Part shown: positions 46,241 to 57,151 of the stretch, piece by piece
Layout of the letters: every line of letters begins with the position of its first letter
How positions within the stretch are numbered: position 1 is the first letter of the stretch
Assembly: GCA_021774625.1 (NCBI GenBank)
Contig: JAJFIV010000030.1
Coordinates: 493 to 64,492 of the forward strand
From: Alphaproteobacteria bacterium
GTDB lineage: Bacteria; Pseudomonadota; Alphaproteobacteria; Sphingomonadales; JAKSBY01
DNA: 64,000 bases
Reading direction: 5' to 3'
Notes under the pieces: model-generated
Database searches by the model: none
The model's input: the letters and a program-made list of their open reading frames with translations, nothing else
What the model was told of the DNA's origin: nothing
Program-made: the position numbers and the translations under genes

Positions 46241-47692
46241 ATGCGCTTGTCGGAACTAATGGACCGGAACGGAGAGTTGGCGGCTGTGGATATCCAGGGC
46301 CTGGCCTGTGACAGCCGTGACGTTCGCCCCGGCTATCTCTTCGCCGCCTTCCCGGGAAGCAATGCCGATGGCCGGAAATATATTCCTCAGGCGCTGGAAA
46401 AAGGCGCTGTCGCCGTCCTTGCCGGCGCCGGTAACACCATAGATACCCGGCCTGCGATTCTTGTTACCGATGATAACCCGCGCCTGCGTTTCGCCAAAAT
46501 GGCGGCGCGTTATTATGGAAAACAGCCGCAGTTCTGCGTCGCCTGCACCGGCACCAACGGCAAATCATCAGTTGTCAGTTTTACCCGGCAGTTGTGGCAA
46601 CTGGCCGGCCTGAATGCAGCGAGCATGGGCACGCTGGGCATCGACAGCGATGCGATCAAAATTCCCGGCGGTCTGACCACGCCCGATGCGCTGAAAATTC
46701 ATAAAAATCTCAGTGAACTGGCCGGGGCCGGGGTCGATTATGCGGCGCTGGAAGCGTCCAGTCACGGGCTGAGCCAGTATCGGCTGGATGGTGTTTATCT
46801 GTCTGCGGCCGCCTTCACCAATCTGTCGCGCGATCATCTGGACTATCACGGAACCTTTGATGATTATCTTTATGCGAAGGCGCGGCTGTTCGGCGAATTG
46901 CTGCCGCCGGGTGCGGCTGCGGTTATTCACCGGGACGGCGAATATAGTGCTGAAATCGAACATATTGCCTGGGCGCGCGGCCATCGCATTCTGACCGTTG
47001 GCGCCAAAGACGCAGATATTGCTCTGCTGAGCCGCGTCGCCGGGACGGATGGCCAGAATCTGGAAATCCGCTATGAAAACCGGACCTATAAAATCCACTT
47101 TCCGCTGATCGGTCATTTTCAGGTGGAAAATGCCCTGGTGGCGGCGGGCCTGGCGATTGCCACCGGCGGCGATGCGGCAATGACCCTGCAGGGGCTGGAA
47201 AAGCTCAAAGGTGTAGCAGGGCGGCTGGAAAAAGCCGGGGTTACGGCCTGTGGCGCGGCGGCCTATCTTGATTATGCGCATACACCGGCGGGACTTAAAA
47301 CCGTGCTTCATGCCGCCAGGGAGCACCGGCCCCGCAGCCTTCATCTGGTGTTTGGCTGCGGCGGTGACCGCGATAAGGGCAAGCGGCCCGAAATGGGCGC
47401 CATCGCCGCCGGCCTGGCGGATCATATCATTGTGACTGACGATAATCCCCGCACCGAAGACGCCGCTGTCATCCGCGCGGAAATTCTGGCGGCCTGCCCG
47501 GACGCGCTGGAGATCGGGGACCGCAGAGCCGCCATCCGGAAAGCGGTTGCGGGACTGAAAAAAGGCGACCTGCTGCTGGTGACAGGAAAAGGGCATGAGG
47601 AAGGTCAGATCGTCGGCGACCGGGTGCTGCCTTTTTCCGATATTGTGGAAATCCGTGCGGCTATTCAGGCGTGGAAAGGGGAGGGGATATGA
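46241..47692 (+). CDS. murE: UDP-N-acetylmuramoyl-L-alanyl-D-glutamate--2,6-diaminopimelate ligase MurE
   Basis: Mur ligase P-loop CTGTNGKSS, with DNPR near the C-terminus. Confidence 0.95.
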   Translation: MRLSELMDRNGELAAVDIQGLACDSRDVRPGYLFAAFPGSNADGRKYIPQALEKGAVAVLAGAGNTIDTRPAILVTDDNPRLRFAKMAARYYGKQPQFCVACTGTNGKSSVVSFTRQLWQLAGLNAASMGTLGIDSDAIKIPGGLTTPDALKIHKNLSELAGAGVDYAALEASSHGLSQYRLDGVYLSAAAFTNLSRDHLDYHGTFDDYLYAKARLFGELLPPGAAAVIHRDGEYSAEIEHIAWARGHRILTVGAKDADIALLSRVAGTDGQNLEIRYENRTYKIHFPLIGHFQVENALVAAGLAIATGGDAAMTLQGLEKLKGVAGRLEKAGVTACGAAAYLDYAHTPAGLKTVLHAAREHRPRSLHLVFGCGGDRDKGKRPEMGAIAAGLADHIIVTDDNPRTEDAAVIRAEILAACPDALEIGDRRAAIRKAVAGLKKGDLLLVTGKGHEEGQIVGDRVLPFSDIVEIRAAIQAWKGEGI

Positions 47693-49152
47693 CTGAAACA
47701 CCCCTCTGGACAGCAAAAAAAATTGCTTCCGCCGTGACGGGCGAAGTTACTGGCGACTGGCCGGTGACGGGCCTTTCCATCGACAGTCGCGCCATTGCCC
47801 CGGGCATGGTGTTTTTTGCGCTGGACGGCGCTGAAAGCGACGGTCATCACTTTGTCAATGAGGCGCTGGCGGCGGGAGCGCACGGCGCCGTGGTCAGCAG
47901 AAAAATCAAAAATATTGCGCCGGACGATCCGCGGCTGATTCACGTCAGGGATACATCTGCTGCGCTGGAAAGGCTGGGTGTTGCCGCCCGGCAGCGCATG
48001 CCGGGTAAGGTGATTGCCGTCACCGGCAGTGCGGGCAAGACCGGCACCAAGGAAGCGTTAAAAGCGGCACTTGGCCGCAATGCGAAGACCCATGCCAGTG
48101 TGAAAAGTTACAACAATCACGTTGGCGTGCCCCTGTCGCTCGCCCGGATGCCGGAAAGCGCAGAGTTCGGTGTTTTTGAAATCGGCATGAACCGCCCCGG
48201 CGAAATTGCAACGCTGGTGCAAAAAGTCAAACCTCATCTCGCGCTTATTACATCCGTCGGTCCGGCCCATATGGCCGCTTTTACGGCATTGGATCAGGTG
48301 GCTGACGCCAAGGCCGAGATTTTTTCCGGGCTTGAAAAGGATGGTATCGCAGTGCTCAATGCGGATGATCCTTATTTTCCACGATTATCGGCTGCCGCAA
48401 AAAACAGCGGTGTCCGCCGCATTGTGACCTTTGGCCTTGAGGCGGAAAACGCCGATATCCGTCCCGTCCGTATGGCGGCAACGGAGGATTGCACGTGTCT
48501 GACAGTCCGGGTCTTTGACCGGCTTCTGACTTATAAAATTGCCAGTCCGGGCCGCCATTGGGCGATGAACAGCCTGGCGGTCATTGCCGCCGTTGCGGCG
48601 CTCGACGGTGATATCGGGCTTGCCGGTCTTGCCCTCTCGGAAATTGCCCCTTTGCCGGGCCGCGGCGAACGGTCCTGCATTCCGGTCAAGGCCGGAAACG
48701 GAGCCGCAACCCTGCTTGATGAAAGCTATAACGCCAATCCGCTTTCCATCCGCTCAGCCCTCGCGGTGCTCAGTCTGGCGAAAACCGGCAAACGCGGCCG
48801 GCGCATCGCTGTGCTTGGCGACATGTTGGAACTGGGCGCGCATGCGCAGGAGCTTCATGCCGGTCTTGCCCATATCATCAGAGAAAGCCGCGTTGATATC
48901 TTTTATGCCGTGGGGCCGCTGATGTCTTGTTTGGCGGAAAATCTTGCGGATCAACTGGAAACCCACGCCTTCGAAAACAATGAGGCGCTGCTTAATGTGT
49001 TGAAGGATGAAATCCGCGCCGGCGATGTGATCAGCATCAAAGGCGCCAACGCTCTTGATCTGAAACAGGTTGTTGCTGAACTGAAAAGCCGAATGGAACG
49101 GCCGCCCTTTGCCCGCACTGGCTGGACGGCCCCTCTGGCGGCAGCGGAATAG
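47689..49152 (+). CDS. murF: UDP-N-acetylmuramoyl-tripeptide--D-alanyl-D-alanine ligase MurF
   Basis: The ATG overlaps the murE stop (ATGA). P-loop VTGSAGKTGTKE. Confidence 0.95.
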   Translation: MTETPLWTAKKIASAVTGEVTGDWPVTGLSIDSRAIAPGMVFFALDGAESDGHHFVNEALAAGAHGAVVSRKIKNIAPDDPRLIHVRDTSAALERLGVAARQRMPGKVIAVTGSAGKTGTKEALKAALGRNAKTHASVKSYNNHVGVPLSLARMPESAEFGVFEIGMNRPGEIATLVQKVKPHLALITSVGPAHMAAFTALDQVADAKAEIFSGLEKDGIAVLNADDPYFPRLSAAAKNSGVRRIVTFGLEAENADIRPVRMAATEDCTCLTVRVFDRLLTYKIASPGRHWAMNSLAVIAAVAALDGDIGLAGLALSEIAPLPGRGERSCIPVKAGNGAATLLDESYNANPLSIRSALAVLSLAKTGKRGRRIAVLGDMLELGAHAQELHAGLAHIIRESRVDIFYAVGPLMSCLAENLADQLETHAFENNEALLNVLKDEIRAGDVISIKGANALDLKQVVAELKSRMERPPFARTGWTAPLAAAE

Positions 49153-49163
49153 GGGGAGAGTGA

Positions 49164-50240
49164 ATGCTTTATAATCTTCTTGCCCCCCTTGCCGATGAAC
49201 ACGCGATTTTCAATGTGTTCCGCTATATTACCTTCCGCACCGGCGGGGCGATCATGACGGCCATGATTATCAGTTTCGTCCTCGGGCCGTACATCATTAG
49301 CTGGCTGAAAAGTAAGCAGAAAAAGGGCCAGCCCATTCGTGATGATGGGCCGGAAAGCCATATCATCACCAAGGCCGGGACGCCGACCATGGGCGGCTTT
49401 CTGATCCTGATCGGTTTTGCCGTCGCGACCCTCCTGTGGGCGGATCTTCGCAATCAGTATGTCTGGATCTGCCTGTTCGTTACGCTCAGCTTCGGTCTGA
49501 TCGGTTTTATCGATGATTACCAGAAGGTAACAAAAGCCAGTTCCCGCGGCGTGCCCGGTAAAGTCAAATTTTTGATTGAAAGTGTGATTGCAGGTTTTGC
49601 CGCCTACGCGGTGATGCAGACTGCGGGCCCGACCCTGGCGCTTCCTTTCCTGAAGGATGTGCTGATTCCGCTGGGCTGGCTCTATATTCCCCTCGGCATT
49701 TTTATCATGGTCGGGGCCGGCAATTCGGTCAATCTGACCGACGGGCTGGACGGGCTTGCCATTATGCCGGTGATCATTGCTTCCGCCGCCTTCGGCCTCA
49801 TCGCCTATCTGGTCGGCAATGCGGTATATGCGGAATATCTGCAGGTCACGCTGGTGCCGGGGTCCGGTGAGCTTGCGGTTTTTTGCGGCGCATTGATTGG
49901 CGCGGGGCTTGGTTTTCTGTGGTTCAACGCCCCGCCGGCGATGGTGTTTATGGGCGATACCGGATCGCTGGCTCTGGGCGGCGCTCTCGGTTCTGTCGCC
50001 GTGGTCACCAAGCATGAAATCGTGCTCGGCATTATCGGCGGTCTTTTTGTGCTGGAGACCGTCTCGGTCATGATGCAGGTCGCCTCCTTCAAACTGACCG
50101 GCAAGCGCATTTTCCGCATGGCTCCCTTCCATCATCATCTGGAAAAAAAGGGCTGGGCCGAACCCACCATTGTGATCCGTTTCTGGATCATTGCCGTCAT
50201 CCTCGCCCTGATCGGGCTTTCAACCCTGAAGCTGAGGTGA
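49164..50240 (+). CDS. mraY: phospho-N-acetylmuramoyl-pentapeptide transferase MraY
   Basis: [23 protein letters not shown].., [13 protein letters not shown]. Confidence 0.95.
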   Translation: MLYNLLAPLADEHAIFNVFRYITFRTGGAIMTAMIISFVLGPYIISWLKSKQKKGQPIRDDGPESHIITKAGTPTMGGFLILIGFAVATLLWADLRNQYVWICLFVTLSFGLIGFIDDYQKVTKASSRGVPGKVKFLIESVIAGFAAYAVMQTAGPTLALPFLKDVLIPLGWLYIPLGIFIMVGAGNSVNLTDGLDGLAIMPVIIASAAFGLIAYLVGNAVYAEYLQVTLVPGSGELAVFCGALIGAGLGFLWFNAPPAMVFMGDTGSLALGGALGSVAVVTKHEIVLGIIGGLFVLETVSVMMQVASFKLTGKRIFRMAPFHHHLEKKGWAEPTIVIRFWIIAVILALIGLSTLKLR

Positions 50241-50244
50241 CGCC

Positions 50245-51615
50245 ATGATTCCGACTCCGGCATACAGGGATAAATCCATTGCGGTTCTGGGACTGGGCCG
50301 CACCGGCCTTGCGGCTGCGCGCGCTCTGGCCGCGTCCGGCGCAAACGTCCGCGCCTGGGATGATACGGCTGCCGGACGCGCAGCTGCAGCCGGTATTCCG
50401 CTTGATGATCTGAATGGCACAGTCTGGACCGGTACCGACGCCCTTGTGCTCAGCCCCGGTATTCCCTCCACCTATCCGACGCCTCATCCGGCAGTGGCCA
50501 GGGCCAAATCGGCGCGGGTTCCGGTGATCAGCGATATCGAGATTTTTGCCCGGTCGCGCACCGCCCTGCCGCGTCACAAAGTGGCGGCGATTACCGGGAC
50601 AAACGGAAAATCAACCACGGCGGCGCTGTTGCATCATCTGCTGCATGCCGGCGGCGCAGCGTCAGCGCTGGGCGGCAATATCGGTTATGCCGCCCTTGGC
50701 CTTGATATTCTGCCCGAAGGCGGCGTCTATGTGCTGGAACTTTCGTCTTATCAGATTGAACTGACGGAGAACCTTCAGGCCGATCTCGCAATTCTGCTGA
50801 ATATCGCGCCCGATCATCTTGATCGCCATGGCGGAATGGCAGGCTATATCGCCGCTAAAACACGCCTGTTCGCTATGCAGGCGCAGGATCAGATTGCCAT
50901 CATCGGCATGGATGATGCCGACAGCCGGAAGATTGCGACGTCCTGCCGCCGGAAAGTTGTTCCCATATCCGGTCAGACGGCGCAGAAAGGCGGCGTTTAT
51001 GTTGAGAATGGCCGGCTGATTGATGATCTGGACGGGCAGAAAACCCGCCTCTCGGACCAGCAGGACTGGCCCGCCCTGAAAGGACCGCATAATGCACAGA
51101 ATGCCGCTGCCGCCGCTGCCGCCGCCCGCCTTTTAGGGCTGGATGCCGGGGCAATCCGCCGCGGTCTGATATCCTATCAGGCCCTGCCGCACCGGATGGA
51201 GCCGGTAGGTGCGGCGCACGGCCTTCTGTTCGTTAATGATTCCAAGGCGACCAATCTGTCCTCTGCGGCCAAGGCTATCGCCGCCTATCCGAAGGTTTGC
51301 TGGATCGCCGGAGGCATTGCCAAGGATACGGATTTTTCCCTGCTGGATGCCGTTTCCGGCCATATCGAGAAGGCCTATCTGATTGGCCGCGATGCGGAAA
51401 CTTTCAAAGAAAAACTGAACGGCAAGGCGGCTGTTTTTATGGCCGGAACCCTTGAACGGGCCGTCAGTCAGGCGATTGCGGACTGTGAAGGCAAGGGGAG
51501 CGGCGTCATCCTGCTGTCGCCGGCCTGTGCGTCCTTCGATCAGTTTAGCGATTTCGCCGACCGGGGCGATCAGTTCCGCGCGCTGGCGGAAAAATATACG
51601 GGGGCGAACGCATGA
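50245..51615 (+). CDS. murD: UDP-N-acetylmuramoylalanine--D-glutamate ligase MurD
   Basis: ITGTNGKSTT P-loop; position in the dcw cluster. Confidence 0.95.
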   Translation: MIPTPAYRDKSIAVLGLGRTGLAAARALAASGANVRAWDDTAAGRAAAAGIPLDDLNGTVWTGTDALVLSPGIPSTYPTPHPAVARAKSARVPVISDIEIFARSRTALPRHKVAAITGTNGKSTTAALLHHLLHAGGAASALGGNIGYAALGLDILPEGGVYVLELSSYQIELTENLQADLAILLNIAPDHLDRHGGMAGYIAAKTRLFAMQAQDQIAIIGMDDADSRKIATSCRRKVVPISGQTAQKGGVYVENGRLIDDLDGQKTRLSDQQDWPALKGPHNAQNAAAAAAAARLLGLDAGAIRRGLISYQALPHRMEPVGAAHGLLFVNDSKATNLSSAAKAIAAYPKVCWIAGGIAKDTDFSLLDAVSGHIEKAYLIGRDAETFKEKLNGKAAVFMAGTLERAVSQAIADCEGKGSGVILLSPACASFDQFSDFADRGDQFRALAEKYTGANA

Positions 51616-52760
51616 TCAGTTTTTCCCGTTCCGATAAAAGCCGTCTTGCCCGCTGGTGGTGGACCGTCGACCACTGGCTGCTGGCGGCGATCGGGCTGCT
51701 GATGTTTACCGGCATGTTGCTGATATTTGCGGCGGGAACGCCCATTGCCCTCAAAAAAGGCCTGCCATCCTTCCATTTCGCCGAACGCCAGATTGTTTTT
51801 CTCGTGCTCGGCGTGGTGGCCATGATCGGGATTTCTCTCTTATCGGTTAAAGGCGTCCGGCGCTTTGCCGTCCTTCTCTTGCCGGTGACCCTGATTCTGA
51901 CATTGGCGACCTTGCTGTTCGGGCCCGAAATCAATGGCGCTCAACGCTGGCTGCCGGTCGGCATTTTCACTCTTCAGCCTTCGGAATTTCTCAAACCGGC
52001 CTTCATTGTCGTGACCGCCTGGATGTTTTCGGCGCAGATGGAAAATCCCGAATTCCACGGCCGCTTGATCGCGACAGTCCTTTATGTCGTGGTTGCCGGG
52101 CTTCTGGTGCTGCAGCCTGATTACGGACAGGCCATTCTGATTTCAGCGGTCTGGCTCATCCAGTTTGCCATGGCCGGTCTGCCGATGGTCTGGATCGTCG
52201 GATATGGCGGGATCGGCCTTGCCGGTTTGACCGCAGCCTATTTCCTGGTTCCCCATTTCGCGAGCCGCATTGACCGGCATATCGACCCAACCAGCGGCGA
52301 CACGGGACAGATCGAAGCCGCCATCAATTCGTTCCGGATCGGCCGGCTGTTCGGCGCCGGCCCCGGTGAAGGATCGGTGAAAAATCACCTGCCGGATGCT
52401 CACAGTGATTATATCTTCGCCGTGGCGGGCGAAGAGTTCGGCGCTTTTTTCTGCCTCGGCATTCTGGCGATTTTTGCCGCCATTGTCATCCGCGGCCTGT
52501 CCCGGCTGTATGAAGAACAGAATCCGCTGGTGCTGCTGGCAGGGGCCGGGCTTTTGATCCAGTTTGGTCTTCAGGCGCTGATTAACATGGGCGTCAATCT
52601 TGCGGTGCTGCCATCAAAGGGGATGACGCTGCCTTTCATTTCTTATGGCGGCTCCTCCATGCTGGCGCTTTGCATCGGCATGGGAATGGTTCTGGCGCTG
52701 ACCCGCAAGAACCGCTTTTTGACCATTCATTACCCGCCACGCCGGAGTTTTGCGTCATGA
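51612..52760 (+). CDS. ftsW: SEDS-family peptidoglycan polymerase FtsW
   Basis: Polytopic membrane protein. HSDYIFAVAGEEFG.., LPSKGMTLPFISYGGSS. Confidence 0.95.
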   Translation: MISFSRSDKSRLARWWWTVDHWLLAAIGLLMFTGMLLIFAAGTPIALKKGLPSFHFAERQIVFLVLGVVAMIGISLLSVKGVRRFAVLLLPVTLILTLATLLFGPEINGAQRWLPVGIFTLQPSEFLKPAFIVVTAWMFSAQMENPEFHGRLIATVLYVVVAGLLVLQPDYGQAILISAVWLIQFAMAGLPMVWIVGYGGIGLAGLTAAYFLVPHFASRIDRHIDPTSGDTGQIEAAINSFRIGRLFGAGPGEGSVKNHLPDAHSDYIFAVAGEEFGAFFCLGILAIFAAIVIRGLSRLYEEQNPLVLLAGAGLLIQFGLQALINMGVNLAVLPSKGMTLPFISYGGSSMLALCIGMGMVLALTRKNRFLTIHYPPRRSFAS

Positions 52761-53941
52761 CCGGCAATGTGCTCCATATCCTGCTGGCGGCGGGCGGCAC
52801 CGGCGGCCATATGTTCCCGGCGCAGGCTCTGGGTGATGAACTGGTGCGGCGCGGCCACCGGATTTCCCTGATCACCGATCACCGCGGACTGCGATATCCC
52901 GGCCTGTTCCGTGACACCGAAACCCATATGGTGGACAGTGGCACCCTTTCCAAAAGCGGGCTTGCAGGGAAAATCCATACGGTCTTTTCGATCCTGTCCG
53001 GCATTCGAAAATCCGGCAGAATTATGAAAGAAAATACACCGGATGTTGTGATCGGTTTTGGCGGCTATCCGGCCTTGCCGGCGATCCTGGCAGCAAGGTT
53101 CAATGGTCTTCCCTATTGCATCCATGAACAGAATGCCGTGCTGGGCCGGGTCAACCGGTTTGTCAGCAAACGGGCAGCCGCCATTGCCCTGTCCTTCCGG
53201 CAAACCCGTTTTCTGAAAACCGGCGCTGGCCGGCTGGCGGAGGTCACCGGCAACCCGGTCCGCCGGGACATTGTGGCGATTTCCGAACATCCCTATCCGC
53301 GCATGGGTGGGGATGCGCTGATCCGCATTCTGATCACCGGCGGCAGTCAGGGCGCGCGTATTTTAAGCGATATCGTGCCCGATGCCCTGTCGCTGATCCC
53401 CAACGGGTTTCAGTCCCGCCTGCAGATCACCCAGCAGTGCCGGCCCGAGGATATTGACCGGGTCCAGGTCAAATACCGCAAGGCCGGTATTGCCGCCGAA
53501 GTTTTTACCTTTCTGGAAGATATGCCGGAACGCCTGCAATGGACCCATCTGGTGATTGCCCGGGCGGGGGCTTCAACCATGGCGGAACTGACGGCCGCCG
53601 GACGTCCTGCGATCCTGATTCCGCTCGCTATTGCCGCCGATGACCATCAAACCGCCAATGCCCGCGATATGGCGGGGGCAGGAGCCGGCTGGATGATAGC
53701 AGAAAAAGATTTTACCGCGCCGGTCCTGGCCAAACGTCTGCAACGCCTGTTCAACCACCCGGAAGAGCTGATTGCCGCGGCGGATGCTTCCCGCGGGCTC
53801 GGCAAACCGGAAGCCGCGGCATCCCTCGCCGATCTGGTGGAAAAGGTGGCGCTGGGGCGCAGAAAAAGCCGGGATAAGGCCGAAACGGGGGTCGGGCGCC
53901 GCGCGCCGGGCAGTCCGTCGAGCGAAAGGGTGATGGCATGA
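52757..53941 (+). CDS. murG: undecaprenyldiphospho-muramoylpentapeptide beta-N-acetylglucosaminyltransferase MurG
   Basis: The ATG overlaps the ftsW stop (ATGA). [19 protein letters not shown] basic C-terminal tail of about 30 aa follows the catalytic core. Confidence 0.95.
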   Translation: MTGNVLHILLAAGGTGGHMFPAQALGDELVRRGHRISLITDHRGLRYPGLFRDTETHMVDSGTLSKSGLAGKIHTVFSILSGIRKSGRIMKENTPDVVIGFGGYPALPAILAARFNGLPYCIHEQNAVLGRVNRFVSKRAAAIALSFRQTRFLKTGAGRLAEVTGNPVRRDIVAISEHPYPRMGGDALIRILITGGSQGARILSDIVPDALSLIPNGFQSRLQITQQCRPEDIDRVQVKYRKAGIAAEVFTFLEDMPERLQWTHLVIARAGASTMAELTAAGRPAILIPLAIAADDHQTANARDMAGAGAGWMIAEKDFTAPVLAKRLQRLFNHPEELIAAADASRGLGKPEAAASLADLVEKVALGRRKSRDKAETGVGRRAPGSPSSERVMA

Positions 53942-55365
53942 AGCGTATCCCCTTTGATATCGGGCCCATCCATTTTGTCGGCATTGGCGGCATCGGCATG
54001 TCCGGTATTGCCGAAGTGATGCATAATCTGGGCTATCAGGTGCAGGGGTCCGACATTGCGGCCAATGCCAATGTCACCCGGCTGCAGAGCCTCGGTATCC
54101 CCGTCGCTATTGGGCATGCAGAGAAAAATCTCGGCGAAGCCCGGGTTCTGGTGGTCTCCACAGCTATCAAACCGGGCAATCCGGAGATCGATGCCGCACG
54201 GGAAAAAATGATGCCCATTGTCCGCCGGGCGGAAATGCTGGCGGAACTGATGCGGCTGAAATGGTGCGTCTCGGTGGCTGGCACCCATGGCAAGACAACG
54301 ACCACGTCCATGGTCGCGACGGTCCTTGATCATGCGGGATTTGATCCCACGGTCATCAATGGCGGCATCATCAATGCCTATGGCACCAATGCCCGGCTCG
54401 GCACCGGCGAATGGATGGTGGTGGAAGCGGACGAATCCGATGGCACGTTCGTGAAGTTGCCGGCGACCATTGCCGTGGTGACCAATATTGATCCGGAACA
54501 TCTGGATTTTTACGGTACGTTCGAGGCTGAAAAAGCCGCCTTTCTTTTGTTCCTGGAGCGGGTGCCTTTTTACGGTACGGCGGTTCTGTGTCTTGATCAC
54601 CCGGAAGTTCAGGCGTTGATTGCGCGGATTTCCAACCGGCGTATCGTGACGTACGGACTTTCCCCGCAGGCGGATGTGCGGGCTGTGGAAGCCGCTTTTG
54701 CCGATGGCGAGGCCCGTTTCAGCATTGTGGTTTCCGAACGGGCGGACCGGGAAGCCCTGCGTATAGACAATATCCGGCTGCCCATGCCAGGGCTGCACAA
54801 TGTGCAGAATGCGACGGCTGCCATTGCCGTCGGACTGGAAATGGGAATTGCGCCGCAAGCCCTGAAATCCGCATTCGCCCGCTTTCAGGGGGTGAAACGC
54901 CGCTTCACCAGAACCGGCGAGGCAAACGGCATCACCGTGATTGATGATTATGGCCATCATCCGGTGGAAATTGCCGCCGTGCTGAAAGCGGCGCGGGATG
55001 CCTATTCCGGCAAAGTGATCGCCGTTGTGCAGCCCCATCGCTATACGCGGCTGCAAAATCTGTTCGAAGAGTTTTGCACCTGTTTCAACGATGCCGATGC
55101 GGTCATTGTCGCCCCGGTCTATGAAGCCGGTGAAAAGCCGATCAAGGGCGCTGACCGCGACAGTCTGATTGCCGGCCTGAAGGCCCATGGTCATAAAACC
55201 GTATTTGCCATTGAGGGTGAAGACAATCTGCCCGGCCGTGTTCTCAGTGTTGCCGGGCGGGGCGATCTGGTGATCTGTCTGGGTGCGGGAACCATTTCCG
55301 GCTGGGCCTACCGTTTGCCGGAACGGCTGATGGCATTGGATGTTCAAAGGGAGGCGCAAGGATGA
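53938..55365 (+). CDS. murC: UDP-N-acetylmuramate--L-alanine ligase MurC
   Basis: [16 protein letters not shown].., [13 protein letters not shown]. Confidence 0.95.
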   Translation: MKRIPFDIGPIHFVGIGGIGMSGIAEVMHNLGYQVQGSDIAANANVTRLQSLGIPVAIGHAEKNLGEARVLVVSTAIKPGNPEIDAAREKMMPIVRRAEMLAELMRLKWCVSVAGTHGKTTTTSMVATVLDHAGFDPTVINGGIINAYGTNARLGTGEWMVVEADESDGTFVKLPATIAVVTNIDPEHLDFYGTFEAEKAAFLLFLERVPFYGTAVLCLDHPEVQALIARISNRRIVTYGLSPQADVRAVEAAFADGEARFSIVVSERADREALRIDNIRLPMPGLHNVQNATAAIAVGLEMGIAPQALKSAFARFQGVKRRFTRTGEANGITVIDDYGHHPVEIAAVLKAARDAYSGKVIAVVQPHRYTRLQNLFEEFCTCFNDADAVIVAPVYEAGEKPIKGADRDSLIAGLKAHGHKTVFAIEGEDNLPGRVLSVAGRGDLVICLGAGTISGWAYRLPERLMALDVQREAQG

Positions 55366-56306
55366 TGCCGTTGAAACGCCCCCTGCCTCTGGCTGAACGC
55401 CTGCCTTCTGTCCGCGGGACTTTTGAGGCCGACGCGGATCTTGGCAAACTGACCTGGTTCCGGGTTGGCGGCCCGGCGGAAATTCTGTTTAAGCCGGCGG
55501 ATGAGGAGGATCTCACCGAGTTTATCGCCAATCTGGATGAGGATATTCCGCTAACCGTTCTTGGCGTCGGTTCCAACCTTCTGATCCGCGACGGCGGCAT
55601 CGAAGGGGTAGTGATCAGATTGGGCAAGGCGCTGGCCGGTATTTCCGTCAGCGGCGGCAGCATCGCCGCCGGCGCCGGCGCCCTTGATATCACCGTCGCT
55701 TCCAAGGCCCGGGATGCCGGTATTGCGGGGCTGGAATTTCTGCGGGGCATTCCCGGCACCATTGGCGGCGCGCTTCGTATGAATGCCGGAGCGTATGGCC
55801 GGGAGATGAAAGATATTCTGCAATCGGCCCGGGCTGTTGACCGTAGAGGAAAAATTCAAGAACTGACCTTGGAGGATATGGGCTATGGTTACCGGAAATC
55901 TGCCATTCCCGAAGACTGGACCCTGTTGTCGGCGGTTCTGAAAGGCGCCCCTGGCGACCCTGCCGCTATCGCCCGCCGGATGGCCGAGATTGCCGGCGCG
56001 CGGGAAGAAAGCCAGCCGCTGCGCACCCGCACCGGGGGCAGCACCTTCAAAAATCCGGCCGGTGGTGAAGCCGGGGGCCGGTCCGCCTGGCAACTGATCG
56101 ATCTTGCAGGATGCCGGGGGCTTGCGCTTGGCGATGCGACGGTTTCAGACAAACACTGTAATTTCCTGATCAATCGCGGGAGGGCAACGGCCAGGGAACT
56201 TGAAACCCTCGGCGAAATGGTCAGAAGACGGGTGAAAGAGGCGACGGGCGTAACGCTGGAATGGGAAATCCGCATCATCGGTATTGAAAAGGGAGAGGGG
56301 CAATGA
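55362..56306 (+). CDS. murB: UDP-N-acetylenolpyruvoylglucosamine reductase MurB
   Basis: FAD-binding region [21 protein letters not shown]; C-terminal domain GSTFKNP. Confidence 0.95.
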   Translation: MMPLKRPLPLAERLPSVRGTFEADADLGKLTWFRVGGPAEILFKPADEEDLTEFIANLDEDIPLTVLGVGSNLLIRDGGIEGVVIRLGKALAGISVSGGSIAAGAGALDITVASKARDAGIAGLEFLRGIPGTIGGALRMNAGAYGREMKDILQSARAVDRRGKIQELTLEDMGYGYRKSAIPEDWTLLSAVLKGAPGDPAAIARRMAEIAGAREESQPLRTRTGGSTFKNPAGGEAGGRSAWQLIDLAGCRGLALGDATVSDKHCNFLINRGRATARELETLGEMVRRRVKEATGVTLEWEIRIIGIEKGEGQ

Positions 56307-57094
56307 GACCGGTTCTATCCCGCATCGTTGATTTTCTGAACCGCTGGAAGCGGCCCTTGCTTTCGGCATTGTTTGTTATGGCGATTGCCGCCGCCACCCG
56401 GGCCTATGATTTTGCCGGGGTGGCCACAGGCCTTGCGCGCGATAATGGACTGGTTGTGGAGGCCGTCACCATAGAAGGGGCGGAAAAAACCGCCCGTTCA
56501 GCTGTCTTGAGCGCTTCGGGGATCACCCTTGGCGGCGATATCCTGGCATTTGATGTCAAGACGGTGCGCACGCATATTGAAAATCTGCCCTGGATCAAGT
56601 TGGCGCATGTCGTCCGTATTTTGCCGGGAAGTATCGAAATAGACGTTGTGGAGCGTAAACCCTATGCGTTGTGGCAGATGGCTGGCGCCATATGGCTGAT
56701 TGACGATACCGGCACGCCCATCATCGAAACCGATCCCGCCCTCTATACGGCTCTGCCTCTGCTGGTCGGGGAGGGCGCTCCCGGCGCGGTTGCTGATTTT
56801 GCAGAAATTTTAAAGGCGACTCCGGATCTTGAAAAGCGCATCACATCGCTGATCCGGGTGAGTGAGCGCCGCTGGGATCTGATTCTGGATTCCGGAGTCC
56901 GGCTCAAACTGCCGGAATCCGATGGCAGTTACGGCCCGGAAAGCGCCTGGCGGCGCTTCGCTGCGATGGAAGGCAAATACCGGCTCCTTAAGCGCGAGGT
57001 CTCAATTCTGGATTTCCGCTTTCCGGACCGGCTGGTGGTGCGTTTAACGCCGGCCGGGAAAAGAGCCCTGGAAAAAACAGGGCGCACGACATGA
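56303..57094 (+). CDS. ftsQ: cell division protein FtsQ (POTRA)
   Basis: TM segment LLSALFVMAIAAA. POTRA region VEAVTIEGAEKT..LPWIKLAHVVRILPGSIEIDVVERKPYALW. The start overlaps the murB stop (ATGA). Confidence 0.9.
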   Translation: MRPVLSRIVDFLNRWKRPLLSALFVMAIAAATRAYDFAGVATGLARDNGLVVEAVTIEGAEKTARSAVLSASGITLGGDILAFDVKTVRTHIENLPWIKLAHVVRILPGSIEIDVVERKPYALWQMAGAIWLIDDTGTPIIETDPALYTALPLLVGEGAPGAVADFAEILKATPDLEKRITSLIRVSERRWDLILDSGVRLKLPESDGSYGPESAWRRFAAMEGKYRLLKREVSILDFRFPDRLVVRLTPAGKRALEKTGRTT

Positions 57095-57151
57095 GGATCA
57101 CGCGTTCAGCAGACACACAGATAATGAAAAAGAAAGGAGGATATTTCTATT

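Noticed and set aside
53647-55359. Very long antisense ORFs: 570 aa opposite murC; also 48951-50138 opposite mraY, 46568-47716 opposite murE, 33507-34787 opposite fliI, 28992-29960 opposite mnmA, and 577-1479 opposite pyrC
   Set aside because: Each lies exactly opposite a gene with unmistakable family motifs. Their translations are Arg/Gly/Pro/His-rich low-complexity strings with no recognisable motifs. This is the usual stop-codon-poor antisense frame of GC-rich DNA.
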